Source: Candidatus Sungiibacteriota bacterium (lineage in GTDB: Bacteria; Patescibacteriota; Minisyncoccia; Sungbacterales; HO2-52-23). From it: 64,000 nt of DNA. Below the pieces are notes generated by a model. The model had not been told where the DNA came from and made no database searches. It worked only from the letters and a program-made list of their open reading frames with translations. Position 1 is the stretch's first letter, and each line of letters begins with the position of its first letter. Position numbers and translations under genes: made by a program. Location of the stretch: contig CP066690.1 of the NCBI GenBank assembly GCA_016432465.1, positions 57,233 through 121,232 on the forward strand, in the 5' to 3' direction. This document shows positions 1 to 10,177 of the stretch, piece after piece.

Positions 1-75
1 GCAAAAGTGTTATTTTCAGCGGTTATTTCGCTCATACCCATAAATCTTATCAGAGCGTACCACACAATTCAATCC

Positions 76-104
76 TTGACAAGTAGTTAAGTTTGATGTA
101 TACT
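76..104 (+). promoter_or_regulatory. sigma70-type promoter
   Basis: TTGACA(76-81)-17 nt-TATACT(99-104) upstream of a structured leader and ORF 268. Confidence 0.75.
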
Positions 105-267
105 TAGATTAAAGAGCCTGGGATTGGCCCGGGCTTAGGTCTTTAACTTCCAAACGGCTGGGCTGGCGCTGAAACGCCAGAGCTTTGGCTCAAGCCCAAC
201 GACGGAAGAACCGTCGTCATGCCGTGCGGAGCCCCGCGATACGAAACGCGGGAGAAAGGAAGTCATC

Positions 268-798
268 ATGCGTAGGTGGTTCTCGGAACTGTCCGTCGGT
301 CTCCTCGCGATGGCCCTGCTTTTCATTTGGGTTGGAGTCCTAGCGTTCTCCAGGGATGGCCAAAGCGCTTTTGGTTTCGTCTCCCTCTGCATAGGGACCG
401 CCATTATGGTGGTCGCTCTGTACAGGGTGGTCAGTCGCCGGCTCGCCTTCCACAGGTTTTACGCCATCTTCGGCTTCGTGCCGAACGATCGGCGACACGG
501 CAAGGAGCTGTTCAGGCACCTTGTCGAGAAAGGGATTCTTGACAGGACGGCCGACCTCTCGGCTGACTACGTAAGTCTTAATGGACTCGAGGCCGAGGCT
601 AGAAATGTTCAAACGTCTGCCGAGGCCAGAAACATCTCCAGAAAATTGCAGGAGGCCCATGGATTCATCCGATCCTCCCGCCGCCGATTCAATGCGGCCA
701 TTGACGTGGCCAGTTCAAGGTGGCTCCCGGCCCCCTACAAGAACTTGAGCCACAACTTCTCCGACTGGGAGAAACGGTTGGAGAAGAGAATCCGGTAA
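268..798 (+). CDS. hypothetical membrane protein (2 N-terminal TM helices)
   Basis: 176-aa ORF, RBS-like AAAGGAAG, own promoter and downstream hairpin. Confidence 0.7.
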   Translation: MRRWFSELSVGLLAMALLFIWVGVLAFSRDGQSAFGFVSLCIGTAIMVVALYRVVSRRLAFHRFYAIFGFVPNDRRHGKELFRHLVEKGILDRTADLSADYVSLNGLEAEARNVQTSAEARNISRKLQEAHGFIRSSRRRFNAAIDVASSRWLPAPYKNLSHNFSDWEKRLEKRIR

Positions 799-872
799 GG
801 GCAACACCGCTAAGTTGCCCTGAGACCGCCATTGGGCTCACCCCCTCTGGCGGTCTTAAAATTTTGCAAAAA

Positions 873-901
873 TTGACAATATACTTAAAATAGTGTATAA
901 T
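873..901 (+). promoter_or_regulatory. consensus sigma70 promoter
   Basis: TTGACA(873-878)-17 nt-TATAAT(896-901). Confidence 0.85.
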
Positions 902-1155
902 TAGAATGTACATTCTTTGGAAAACCCTCGCCGCCATACCTTCTTTACGGGCCGGATCCCAAAATGAAGGCCTGCTTGCAGGCCGTAGCCAAAAACGAAG
1001 GCCTGCTTGCAGGCCGTAGCCCGAAGCGAAGGCCTGGCGGCGATGAACGTTGCCTGGTGCTTTTCCAGATGAACTGGGAAGGCATGTAGAAACTCTTTTG
1101 CGGCGGCTGAACTGCCGCATCCGGCAGCTGAACTGCCGGAGAAAAGGAGGAGTCC

Positions 1156-1608
1156 ATGTTCTTCGTTTTGTCTCTTGCTCCAGTGCTCTTCCTTGTGACG
1201 GTGATGCTGGCTGATATTATGCGGCCAGCGCTGCAAACGGTGGTGTTCAACCACCGGTTCAGGAAAGAGTACCAGTTCCCGCCATCCCGACTCCAACAGG
1301 GACACGAGGTCCTCAAGGCATACTATCTCAAGATGACCCTGCGCCATATTGAGATGTACGCCAACCGGGCCGCCAACTTGGCGGTCGTGTCTCGCAAACA
1401 TGGCAGGGCTGAGACATTTGAGCTCTTCTCTGCTGCGTACGTGTGGTGGACGGAGGCCCACGAACTCCTCTGGAAAGCACTTCCGGAGGAGAAAAGGCAG
1501 AGTATTCCGCACTGGACCGATTCTCCAGTGTGGATAGCTTTCCAGTCGGCGATGAACGCCGACAACCCAGCTGCCGATGAACGGCAGCAAGAAGGGGGCG
1601 CGCAATGA
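1156..1608 (+). CDS. hypothetical protein with N-terminal TM helix
   Basis: 150-aa ORF, RBS AAGGAGGAG, overlaps next start (ATGA). Confidence 0.7.
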   Translation: MFFVLSLAPVLFLVTVMLADIMRPALQTVVFNHRFRKEYQFPPSRLQQGHEVLKAYYLKMTLRHIEMYANRAANLAVVSRKHGRAETFELFSAAYVWWTEAHELLWKALPEEKRQSIPHWTDSPVWIAFQSAMNADNPAADERQQEGGAQ

Positions 1609-2147
1609 GTAATTACCTTTTTTTTACTTTCGTAACTTTGGGCCTCACGGCCATGGCCGAGGCACTCCTTGCTCTACTCTGGCTGAAGGAGCGCCGCGCC
1701 TTTGGCCGGAGGGTCCGCCTGGCTTTCGGGGTTGAGCCCCGGGAGTTAAACACCGAACTGGTATGCGAGCAACTCAAAAAGCTGGCTTACCAGGCCGGCC
1801 TCCTGATGCTCTATCAAGAGGTCCATACGGGGCAGATCGACCCTGATCTGCTCCCCACCGGAACAAAGGTGGAACTTGAGTATGCCGTGTTCCGGGGACC
1901 TTTGGCGGATAGGTTGAACTCTCTCCGCCAAGAACTGCGCAGTGCTACACATTACGCAGCCCGGGCGGGGAAAACGCCATATCATCTGGTTGATTCCAAT
2001 GGGGAGGTGAGGATCGAAACCCTTCCCCCCTACGACCAGCAAGCCTTAACCGGCTGGAGCGCCGCCTGGGCACGGGCAGAAACAGCGCGCCGGCGCGAAA
2101 CAGAGCGTCGCGAGCGTCTTAATCGGCGCTTGCGAAACAGTCGCTAG
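1605..2147 (+). CDS. hypothetical protein with N-terminal TM helix
   Basis: 180-aa ORF translationally coupled to 1156-1608. Confidence 0.7.
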   Translation: MSNYLFFTFVTLGLTAMAEALLALLWLKERRAFGRRVRLAFGVEPRELNTELVCEQLKKLAYQAGLLMLYQEVHTGQIDPDLLPTGTKVELEYAVFRGPLADRLNSLRQELRSATHYAARAGKTPYHLVDSNGEVRIETLPPYDQQALTGWSAAWARAETARRRETERRERLNRRLRNSR

Positions 2148-2246
2148 TCTAGAAGGAAGTAACTGGTCGTTCCGGATTCACCCGGAGCGGGTAACGGCAG
2201 TGGGCCGCCAGGTTCCAAAACAGGTCCGAAAAGGGAGGTCTATCTT

Positions 2247-2534
2247 ATGATCAATACCGTCGAGAAGGCGGCCAAGGCCGCGGAGGTGAGGCGAATGTGT
2301 GTCGCCCACCTTCAAGGTCTCACTGATTCTATCGGTGAGGCCTACAGATGGGGCGTCCACGGAGTGGCCGGTCACTTCTGCACCGCGCGGACGGGGTCTG
2401 CCATACGGGAGGCCCGCATCCACGAGGATTCCCTCCGGAAACTGGTGGAGGGGGCCGAGAGGGAGGACCTCCCACGACCTCCGGACTCACGTCCGGACTG
2501 GTCGTGGCAGGGGTTCCTCTATCCCCTCCGGTAA
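2247..2534 (+). CDS. hypothetical protein
   Basis: 95-aa ORF with RBS GGGAGG, followed by the same 3' hairpin element as ORF 268. Confidence 0.6.
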   Translation: MINTVEKAAKAAEVRRMCVAHLQGLTDSIGEAYRWGVHGVAGHFCTARTGSAIREARIHEDSLRKLVEGAEREDLPRPPDSRPDWSWQGFLYPLR

Positions 2535-2621
2535 CGGTAAGGGCACACCGAAAAGTTACCCAAACGCCGCAGGATCTCCCTGCGGCGTTGCAAATTGCGC
2601 AGGAGAGAATATAATAATTAG

Positions 2622-2831
2622 GTGGCAAAAACCGATATTCACCCTAAATACTATGAAGCCACGGTAAAATGCGCCTGTGGAAATACTTTCAAAGTCGGGT
2701 CAACCAAGGAACGGCTGGAAGTTGAAATTTGCTCAAAATGCCACCCTTTCTATACCGGGGGCTCAAAACTCATAGATACTGCAGGAAGGGTGGAGAAATT
2801 TAAGCAGCGGCTTGCGAAAAAGAAATCTTAG
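2622..2831 (+). CDS. rpmE: 50S ribosomal protein L31 (Zn-binding type)
   Basis: [28 protein letters not shown] motifs. Confidence 0.97.
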   Translation: MAKTDIHPKYYEATVKCACGNTFKVGSTKERLEVEICSKCHPFYTGGSKLIDTAGRVEKFKQRLAKKKS

Positions 2832-2907
2832 ATGCAAAATTAGACGCCACTTGTGCGCAGAATTAGACGCAATCGCGTTTATTATTGCGTAATAGTGGCG
2901 TTTATGG

Positions 2908-3834
2908 TTGCCTCTAAACAATGTGAATATCCAAGAACTTCACCATAAAAAAGAAGGGCTCCAAAAAGAACTCGCCAATCCCGAGATTTTTAAAGATCCT
3001 CAAAAAATTAAGGAACTCAGTATTGAACTGGGAAAAATAGAAAAAGAAATTAAAGAGGAGCAGAAATCGGGAGATAGCGGCGCGATACCCCAAAACGTCA
3101 TTATAGAGATCCGCGCCGGAGCCGGGGGCGAGGAAGCTTCACTTTTTGCGCAGGAACTTTTTAGTATGTACACTCATTTTGCCGCTAAAAGGGGGTGGAA
3201 AACAACGCTTCTTAATGAATCCCGCAGCGACCTTAGCGGCTATAAAGAAGTTATTTTTGAAATCAACGGCAAAGACGCGTATAAAACTTTACGTTTTGAA
3301 TCAGGGGTTCATCGCATACAACGTATCCCGGAAACTGAAAAATCAGGCCGCATCCATACTTCCACCGCTTCCGTGGCCGTATTACCGCAGGCGCGTGAAG
3401 TTGACGTTGAGATTAGACCGCAAGATATAAAAGTTGAGTTTTTCCGCTCCTCCGGCCCCGGGGGACAAAACGTAAATAAAGTTGAAACCGCGGTAAGAAT
3501 TTATCATTTACCGACCGGGCTTATCGTTACTTCGCAAGAATCACGTTCCCAACAAGCTAACCGCGAACGTGCTATGACCTTACTTCGCGCTAAGCTTCTT
3601 GACGCCAAAATGCAGGAAGAGGCAAAAAAAATGGCCGCTGAAAGGCGACAGCAAATTGGCACCGGAGACCGTTCAGAAAAAATCCGCACTTACAATTTTC
3701 CGCAGGACCGAGTTACGGACCACCGGATTAAAGAAAGCTTGCACAATATTGAATCTATTCTGGCCGGCAATCTCGACCCCTTGATCAATAAGTTATTGTT
3801 TCTAAAGGATTCTATCTATATCCCGCGCCAGTGA
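2908..3834 (+). CDS. prfA: peptide chain release factor 1 (short N-domain)
   Basis: EIRAGAGGEEA, ESGVHRIQRIPET (PxT), GPGGQNVNK, RTYNFPQDRVTDHRI; exact start uncertain. Confidence 0.95.
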   Translation: MPLNNVNIQELHHKKEGLQKELANPEIFKDPQKIKELSIELGKIEKEIKEEQKSGDSGAIPQNVIIEIRAGAGGEEASLFAQELFSMYTHFAAKRGWKTTLLNESRSDLSGYKEVIFEINGKDAYKTLRFESGVHRIQRIPETEKSGRIHTSTASVAVLPQAREVDVEIRPQDIKVEFFRSSGPGGQNVNKVETAVRIYHLPTGLIVTSQESRSQQANRERAMTLLRAKLLDAKMQEEAKKMAAERRQQIGTGDRSEKIRTYNFPQDRVTDHRIKESLHNIESILAGNLDPLINKLLFLKDSIYIPRQ

Positions 3835-5145
3835 AATAATCCGATTGGCGTAGGAACGGCAGACGTACCGCGTACAACTTGGCCTACCGGAAATGTAGGT
3901 TTTGGCGGCGCGTATTTCTCCTGCTTCGGTTTTTGCGTCAGCGCCGGCGTCAGCCAAAAATATAGCCGCGGCGGTAAACGCATCCTCAACGTTCCAAGGA
4001 CTGGAAGGATTATGCCCAGTAAGGCTGGCAACTCGTTTCTCAAAACGTAACCACGTTGTCGGAATAAACTGGGCCGGCCCCATTGCGCCGCCGCAGCCAT
4101 AATTTGGCCTGCGCGAGACTGGCATTTTATCAGGATCAAGATTTAGTTTACCCGTAATTTCAAAAAATGCCGCTTTTTCTGATTCTGCCTGCTTTCGTCT
4201 TCCAAGACGAATGTAGCAATTATACATATCCCGTTCCCAATTTCCGGTGCCAACGTTGGTGCCGACAGAAATTACCCCGTCTTCAAACTGCTTTCCGGTC
4301 TCAACTTCAAGAAGGGCCAATAAAAACGCGGTCCTAATTCCGGCGCGCTTGGCCGCAAGATCCGCAAAACGAATAGCATCTTCTGCCGTAATCCCTGTTT
4401 TTTCCAAATAAAAGAGCTGGGTTTTTAGGGTCGCAATGTCCCTCTTTTTTGACTTCAAAAGCTGCTGGAAAAGAGCTTCTTTGCCTTTGGTAAGACGGAG
4501 CAGTTCTTCTTTTTCTTTCTTTTTTTGCGCAAGAAATCTTCGTTCCACTTCCTGTAGCGATCGTAGATCTTGTTGCTCTTCTTCAAATTCTTCCAGTTCA
4601 ACTTTTTCTTTTTCCAGAAGCGTCTTATCCTCTTTAAATTCGCCTACTGCCTCTTGTATATTAGATTGCACCCGCTGGAGACTATTTAGAGAGTTGAAAA
4701 AATCGGACAAATTTTGATTTTTTAAAAGTATAGTGAGAGCATTATCCTGATCATATGCGTAAAGAAGGAAAAGACTTGCGCCCAGGGCGCGTCTGGACTT
4801 GTCAATTTTTTTGGCAAGCATTGCAATGCCTGCGCTTTTAGCCTGAATCTCAAGGGCGGTTTTTTTAATCACAAGCGCAAGACGTTTAATCTCAAGCTCG
4901 CGGCGTTTTATTTCTGTGTTAACCGTCTCAGTTTCGTTGGCGAGAGTCCGCGCTTCCCCCTGTACTTGCTGCAAATTTTTATCAAGTTCATTAGCTTCCT
5001 GCTCAAGCCTCTGCAACTGTCTTTCAAGCTCTGCGCGTTTGACAGGATCAAGCTCTTGGGCGTAAGCAGCTGTGCAGCCGGCCAGCAAAAATAGTCCCAG
5101 TGCTGCTGGGAAAATCCAACAAGATACCCTGTATTTGGATACCAT
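3802..5145 (-). CDS. secreted coiled-coil protein with C-terminal lytic transglycosylase-like domain
   Basis: signal peptide, long coiled coil, ALLEVET and GAMGPAQFIPTTW motifs. Confidence 0.85.
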   Translation of the reverse strand: MVSKYRVSCWIFPAALGLFLLAGCTAAYAQELDPVKRAELERQLQRLEQEANELDKNLQQVQGEARTLANETETVNTEIKRRELEIKRLALVIKKTALEIQAKSAGIAMLAKKIDKSRRALGASLFLLYAYDQDNALTILLKNQNLSDFFNSLNSLQRVQSNIQEAVGEFKEDKTLLEKEKVELEEFEEEQQDLRSLQEVERRFLAQKKKEKEELLRLTKGKEALFQQLLKSKKRDIATLKTQLFYLEKTGITAEDAIRFADLAAKRAGIRTAFLLALLEVETGKQFEDGVISVGTNVGTGNWERDMYNCYIRLGRRKQAESEKAAFFEITGKLNLDPDKMPVSRRPNYGCGGAMGPAQFIPTTWLRFEKRVASLTGHNPSSPWNVEDAFTAAAIFLADAGADAKTEAGEIRAAKTYISGRPSCTRYVCRSYANRIISLARDIDRIL

Positions 5146-5157
5146 GAGTTTATTATA

Positions 5158-5832
5158 TCACTCTTCCTTCTCCTCGCCAGCCGTTTCTTCCACCACTTTC
5201 GTCTCTTCCTTTATTTCTCGTTCTGTTTTAACTTCTTCGGGTGCGGCCGCTGTTGAAACTTGTTCCAGCGCGGCTAACTCCTCTTCAGAACGAGGCGCCT
5301 CAATCAATACCACCACCTCGTCCGGTTCAGCCAAAATTTTCACTCCTTTTGGTGTGGGAATATCTTTTACAAAAAGTTTGGACCCAAATGCGGCAAGCCC
5401 CGAAAGGTCAATCCGCAGCTCACGCGGTAAATCCTGCGGCAGGGCTTCTACTTCAAGTTCCTGCATTACCCTTACCAAAATACCGCCTTCATTTTTAACT
5501 GCGGGCGATTCTCCAAAAAATTCAATTGAAACTTTGGTGCGGATTTCTTTATCCATGCGCACGGCATAGAAATCGGCATGAAGAGGGATGCCTTTTAGGG
5601 GGTCATTTTTTATATCATGTATTAAAACGTTATGGGACTTGCCGTCTACATCAAGTTTGATAAGTGTGGACTCCCCTGCCTCGCGGTAAACCTTTTCAAA
5701 ATCTTTATACGGCACCGCAATCGGCTGGGACTTAACTTTTTCGCCATACACCACCGCAGGCAAAAAACCGGCTCTCCGAAGAGCCTTTACTTTTTTGCCT
5801 AATTCAGTTCGTGGTTGGGCCTTAAGTTCCAT
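5158..5832 (-). CDS. rplY: 50S ribosomal protein L25/Ctc
   Basis: LRRAGFLPAVVYG, HADFY motifs. Confidence 0.96.
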   Translation of the reverse strand: MELKAQPRTELGKKVKALRRAGFLPAVVYGEKVKSQPIAVPYKDFEKVYREAGESTLIKLDVDGKSHNVLIHDIKNDPLKGIPLHADFYAVRMDKEIRTKVSIEFFGESPAVKNEGGILVRVMQELEVEALPQDLPRELRIDLSGLAAFGSKLFVKDIPTPKGVKILAEPDEVVVLIEAPRSEEELAALEQVSTAAAPEEVKTEREIKEETKVVEETAGEEKEE

Positions 5833-5881
5833 AATAAAAACAGTTTAACATATCTCTACAAAAAATAAAAGGGCTCCTAAA

Positions 5882-6439
5882 TTAGGAACCCGCAACCTGG
5901 GTTGAGTTGGCTGACCTGAAGTTAGAATTAATATTGATAGCGGCAAATAAGATTATACTACCCAAGAGTAAAAAGGCACTTCCAATAAAAAATGGCACCA
6001 AAGAAGCTTTTACCGCCGTTAAAATGAGTTGTTTTCCTTCATGACTGGTGGCAATGTTGTAAAGGAGCGGTTGAAGGAACGGTTGAAGGTTGCTCTTGAG
6101 TTTTTCTTTAGTATAGTACAATTTTCTGTCCGGCGTTCTAATAAAATACAGTAACTCTACAGGTTGGAGATTTTGAAGCATTGCAATAACTGGTTTATCT
6201 GAGCCCGCGGGAATTAGTGCAAGAAATTCTGCAGGTGGAATTTCTCTATATTTACCAGCAACATTCTTATCTTCTAAGTTAATAAAAAGGCCTGGATAAA
6301 ATACGGCATAATCAAGAACTGGAGAGTAAATAGCTTCTGTCACAGGAAGTTGTTCTCTATGGGCCTTGAGACCCGCACCACCGAAAACCAAACCAATCAG
6401 AATTAAAGATACGGCCGAAGCGTAAAGAATATATCTCAC
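5882..6439 (-). CDS. hypothetical membrane protein
   Basis: 185-aa ORF with N- and C-terminal TM segments. Confidence 0.65.
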   Translation of the reverse strand: MRYILYASAVSLILIGLVFGGAGLKAHREQLPVTEAIYSPVLDYAVFYPGLFINLEDKNVAGKYREIPPAEFLALIPAGSDKPVIAMLQNLQPVELLYFIRTPDRKLYYTKEKLKSNLQPFLQPLLYNIATSHEGKQLILTAVKASLVPFFIGSAFLLLGSIILFAAININSNFRSANSTQVAGS

Positions 6440-6483
6440 CTTTTTCTCCTTTGAAAAGATCCAAAATCAGTATAGCATACTTT

Positions 6484-7458
6484 CTAAATTCTAACCAGAT
6501 TCGGCGGTGGCCTGCCTTCCAATGCCTCAATGATATTTTTTGCAGCGAGTTCGGACATGGCTTGTCTCGTTTCTTCGGTGGCAGAAGCGGTATGGGGCGT
6601 TAAAATCACATTTTCAAGTTCAGTAAGACCCGGAGCAAGCTCTGGTTCGTTTTCATAAACATCAAGGGCGGCTCCACGGATAGTGCCATTTTTTAATGCC
6701 TCCACCAGAGCTTTTTCGTCAACTATAGGACCGCGGGAGGTATTTATTAAATACGCGGATTTTTTCATAAGTTTAAGGCGTCTGGAATCAACTAAATGAC
6801 GGGTGGTTGGAAGAAGCGGCACGTGGATAGATACAAAATCTGCTTCCCGAAAAACATCATCAACATTTTCTCGAAATTCCGCCGCAAATTCTTTTTCAAA
6901 GTCTTCGGAGCGCTTCACATCATGATAAATAACCTTCATATCGAATCCTTTGACAGCATGATGCGCTACGCGAGAGCCAATCCTGCCAAGGCCCACAATA
7001 CCAAAAACCTTTTTTGAAATATCTGTACCAAGTAAAAGCATCGGCTCCCAACCAATGTATTTTCCGGCATGGGTAAAGCGATCCGATTCTGCAATTCTGT
7101 GGGCAATAGCAAGCATGAGAGCAAAAGTATGTTCGGCAACAGTATCGGTTAAAACTCCCGAAGTATTGGTTACCATAATCCCCCGCTCTGTTGCGGTTTT
7201 AGTGTCAATGTTATCAAACCCCACCGCATAATTTGCAAAAATTTTAACGCCGCTTGCCTTCGCTGTGTCCAAAACTTCCGCGTCAATTTTATCAGTCAGC
7301 AAAGACAGCACCGCGTCATAGCGATCTTTTTTCAAAAAATCAATCAGTTCCTCTTTTTTAAGAACGCGACCATGCGGACTTATGACAACTTCATAGCCCT
7401 TACTTTTTACCATATCTATACCCTTATTTGGAATTTGTCTGGTTACAAAAATTTTCAT
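6484..7458 (-). CDS. D-2-hydroxyacid dehydrogenase (D-glycerate dehydrogenase/glyoxylate reductase family)
   Basis: GLGRIG, INTSRGPIVDE, ALDVYENEP, TPHTAS motifs. Confidence 0.93.
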   Translation of the reverse strand: MKIFVTRQIPNKGIDMVKSKGYEVVISPHGRVLKKEELIDFLKKDRYDAVLSLLTDKIDAEVLDTAKASGVKIFANYAVGFDNIDTKTATERGIMVTNTSGVLTDTVAEHTFALMLAIAHRIAESDRFTHAGKYIGWEPMLLLGTDISKKVFGIVGLGRIGSRVAHHAVKGFDMKVIYHDVKRSEDFEKEFAAEFRENVDDVFREADFVSIHVPLLPTTRHLVDSRRLKLMKKSAYLINTSRGPIVDEKALVEALKNGTIRGAALDVYENEPELAPGLTELENVILTPHTASATEETRQAMSELAAKNIIEALEGRPPPNLVRI

Positions 7459-7519
7459 ACTTGAAATTTAATTTAACACATTGTATAATAATATAATGAC
7501 TTGGGAGGGGAGGTCAGCA

Positions 7520-7759
7520 ATGGATCTGTGGGCTAAAGAAAAAGTATGTCTTATAAAAGCCTTTGCTTGTACGCTTGTAGCACTTCACAGAGGGCACATG
7601 TCAGCTGCCGAAGCCTAAAAGGAAATAGGTCTCTTACAAGGACAACTAACTGCTGAAGATATTGAAAATGCTAACATGGCAGCCGATCTTATAAACAGTG
7701 GGGCCGCAAAAACATCTACAGAAGCGCTAGCCAAGATTAAAAGTCAATGTATTCATTAA
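7520..7759 (+). pseudogene. small ORF interrupted by an in-frame TAA
   Basis: RBS GGAGG, ATG 7520, TAA at 7616-7618, same frame continues 46 codons to TAA 7759. Confidence 0.5.
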
Positions 7760-7776
7760 CGGTGAGGGGCGATGGT

Positions 7777-8655
7777 TCAACGTCGCCCTTTTAACTTATC
7801 TTCTGACCCAAAAAGTCTTAATTTCTCTTTCACTAATTCCTTCATAGCAACAATTGCGCTCTGGTCAAGCTTATACATCGCCACTTCATCTAATTCTGTA
7901 GCCAAGCTTTCTTTTAGCGCGTTCACAAACGCCAGGCGAAGCTCGGTTGAAATATGGATATTGGCGATTCCGGCCTCAATAGCGGCCCTAATTTGGTCTT
8001 CCGGAATTCCGGAGCCGGCATGAAGCACTAATGTTACTTCTTTAGAGATACGCTCGCGGATTGCTTTAATGCGGGCAATATCAAGATGTGGTTCGTTCAA
8101 AGAAATTCCGTGTATGTTGCCAACCGCAATCGCCAGACGATCCACACCTGTTTCTTTTACAAAACGTTCCGCCTCCTCGGGCTTGGTTAAGCTCTCCGGC
8201 GGGATTTCAAAAACTTCTTTATATACTTTTGATGCTTCGGTAACAAAATAGCCAACCTCGCCTTCTACGGATATGTCTTTATCTTTTTCTCTTGCGGATG
8301 CTACTATTTCTTTGGTGCCCCCAATGTTATCTTCAAGCGAGAGTTTGGAAAGATCAATATGCACTGAATCGTATCCGGCTTCAACTGTTTCTTTGGCAGA
8401 CTCTACGCTTTTACAATGATCCGCATTCAAAAAAATTGGAATGCCAAAATCTTTTCGGAAGGCATCCCGAACAGCAAGCGCTTCAATAAGCCCCATATGC
8501 TTTCTTTCTCCTTCCGAAGTGCCAATGATCGCCGGAGCGCCGACTTCTTTGCAAGCTTCCGCAATCGCCCGAACTTGATCAAATTCAGAGGCGTTAAAAT
8601 GCCCAGTACTCCAATGTTCCTGACTTGCATGCTGTAAAATTTCTTTAAGTGTCAT
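7777..8655 (-). CDS. fba: class II fructose-bisphosphate aldolase
   Basis: LNADH, VEGEVG, LAIAVGNIHG, LVLHAGSG motifs. Confidence 0.93.
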   Translation of the reverse strand: MTLKEILQHASQEHWSTGHFNASEFDQVRAIAEACKEVGAPAIIGTSEGERKHMGLIEALAVRDAFRKDFGIPIFLNADHCKSVESAKETVEAGYDSVHIDLSKLSLEDNIGGTKEIVASAREKDKDISVEGEVGYFVTEASKVYKEVFEIPPESLTKPEEAERFVKETGVDRLAIAVGNIHGISLNEPHLDIARIKAIRERISKEVTLVLHAGSGIPEDQIRAAIEAGIANIHISTELRLAFVNALKESLATELDEVAMYKLDQSAIVAMKELVKEKLRLFGSEDKLKGRR

Positions 8656-9188
8656 TGGACAAAATAAACTCTTTTATACCGAAAACTTGATAAAATCCTT
8701 GAGGCTAGACGAGCTATAATAAAAATCCCCAATAAGGTGATGGCCGGAAGCTGATATACACCGTTAAATGCAATAAGGCCAAGGGCAATAATAATTTCGG
8801 CCCCATTGAATATCAACCATGTATTAACCACCATTTCATCATGATAGGCCGGTTTATGCTCTTTTTTAAGACGGAAAATCCATAAGGAATCCAATATACG
8901 AAATACAATAAAGACTGCCAGAAAGGAGATAACGGTCTTTAGTGTTGCTTGAATAAAAAGGAACAGAACAAACATTATTGCCACATCAAGCATTAAATCA
9001 AGCTCCCGCTTGGGTGGATATTTCTTGAGTGTTGGAGCAGTATCCACCCAGTAATCAATTATAGAAAGATAAGCAAAAATAAAAGCCGCATATTGCCATG
9101 GCTCACGAAGATCGGGCCACCACTGAAACCCAAGTCCCAGCACAATTCCTATCATTATATCCATAAATTTTAGCGCAAAATCTTTCAT
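8652..9188 (-). CDS. hypothetical multi-pass membrane protein
   Basis: 178-aa hydrophobic ORF coupled within the operon. Confidence 0.75.
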   Translation of the reverse strand: MKDFALKFMDIMIGIVLGLGFQWWPDLREPWQYAAFIFAYLSIIDYWVDTAPTLKKYPPKRELDLMLDVAIMFVLFLFIQATLKTVISFLAVFIVFRILDSLWIFRLKKEHKPAYHDEMVVNTWLIFNGAEIIIALGLIAFNGVYQLPAITLLGIFIIARLASRILSSFRYKRVYFVQ

Positions 9189-9190
9189 AA

Positions 9191-10177
9191 TTAAATTTTT
9201 TTAGGGAAATAATCCGCCGGCGCTTCTGCAAGATATTCCTCAAGTTTTTTTCGCGAAAGCAGGCCTTCTCGCGCGCCAACATATTGCACCACGGACATAG
9301 AATTTATAGGAGCCCACCGTAACGCCTCGGGGACGTCTAAACCCAGACAAAGCGCTACGACAAAAGTTGAGGAAAAGGCATCTCCTGCGCCAGTACGTTC
9401 ATATGGAGGCTTGGGGTCGGGGTAAGAACGCATACTCCAAGCATTTTGACCATCAGATGCGTAAGCCCCGGCCGGACCGTCGGTAATCACTACTATTTTA
9501 GGACCGAGTTTATGCATCATTTGCAGTAATTTTTTAATTTCTTTTTCGTCGGTTCCCAAAATCCTCTGGGCTTCTTCTTTATTGCATAAAAACACATCCG
9601 AGCGCTCGTAAATTTTTTTCAAAACATCTTTTCCGGCCTTTATCTGGAAAGTGCCCGGCTGAAAAGCAAGTTTAATTGACGGATGGTCGTAAAGATACTT
9701 CTCTACTATTTTATGAAAAGGTAAAGAATTTCCTGCGAGGGACGAAAAATAGACCCACTTGGGTTTGTCTATTTCGGGAAGCGAATATTCAAACTCCTCA
9801 TGTTTTATCAAAATCGTGCGGTCATCCTCGTACCACAAAACATAATGGTAATTTGTTTTCTGGTCTTTATGGATTTTTATAAACTCCGTGTCTACTTTTT
9901 CTTTTTTTAACGCGTCCAAACATTCCTGCCCGAAATAATCATCCCCTATGTTGGAGACAAGCGCGCTTTTTAAACCCAAACGCGAGGCGGCAACCGAAGC
10001 ATTGGCGCTATTGCCTACGGCCGGCACTACATAGACTGCCTCATACGGAATTTTATCTTTGAAACGCATGCAAATAACGCATCGTTCCCTATCAATATCA
10101 CAATGCACCGATGCGTCTTTTAATCGTATAAAAGCATCGGTTGCGGTGTCGCCTATGGCAATGAAATCGTAAATCAT
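9191..10177 (-). CDS. PfkB/ribokinase-family carbohydrate kinase
   Basis: GNSANASVAASRLG, RTGAGDAF motifs. Confidence 0.93.
   Translation of the reverse strand: MIYDFIAIGDTATDAFIRLKDASVHCDIDRERCVICMRFKDKIPYEAVYVVPAVGNSANASVAASRLGLKSALVSNIGDDYFGQECLDALKKEKVDTEFIKIHKDQKTNYHYVLWYEDDRTILIKHEEFEYSLPEIDKPKWVYFSSLAGNSLPFHKIVEKYLYDHPSIKLAFQPGTFQIKAGKDVLKKIYERSDVFLCNKEEAQRILGTDEKEIKKLLQMMHKLGPKIVVITDGPAGAYASDGQNAWSMRSYPDPKPPYERTGAGDAFSSTFVVALCLGLDVPEALRWAPINSMSVVQYVGAREGLLSRKKLEEYLAEAPADYFPKKI

Noticed and set aside
793-830. GGGCAAC...GTTGCCC as an integron attC site
   Set aside because: Too short, does not fit RYYYAAC/GTTRRRY with L boxes, and no integrase in the window
967-1040. Tandem GAAGGCCTGCTTGCAGGCCGTAGCC as a CRISPR array
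   Set aside because: Only 2.5 units, about 6-nt spacers, and no cas genes
7616-7618. Stop-codon recoding at the internal TAA
   Set aside because: TAA, TAG and TGA all terminate conserved genes here; a simple nonsense mutation is more likely
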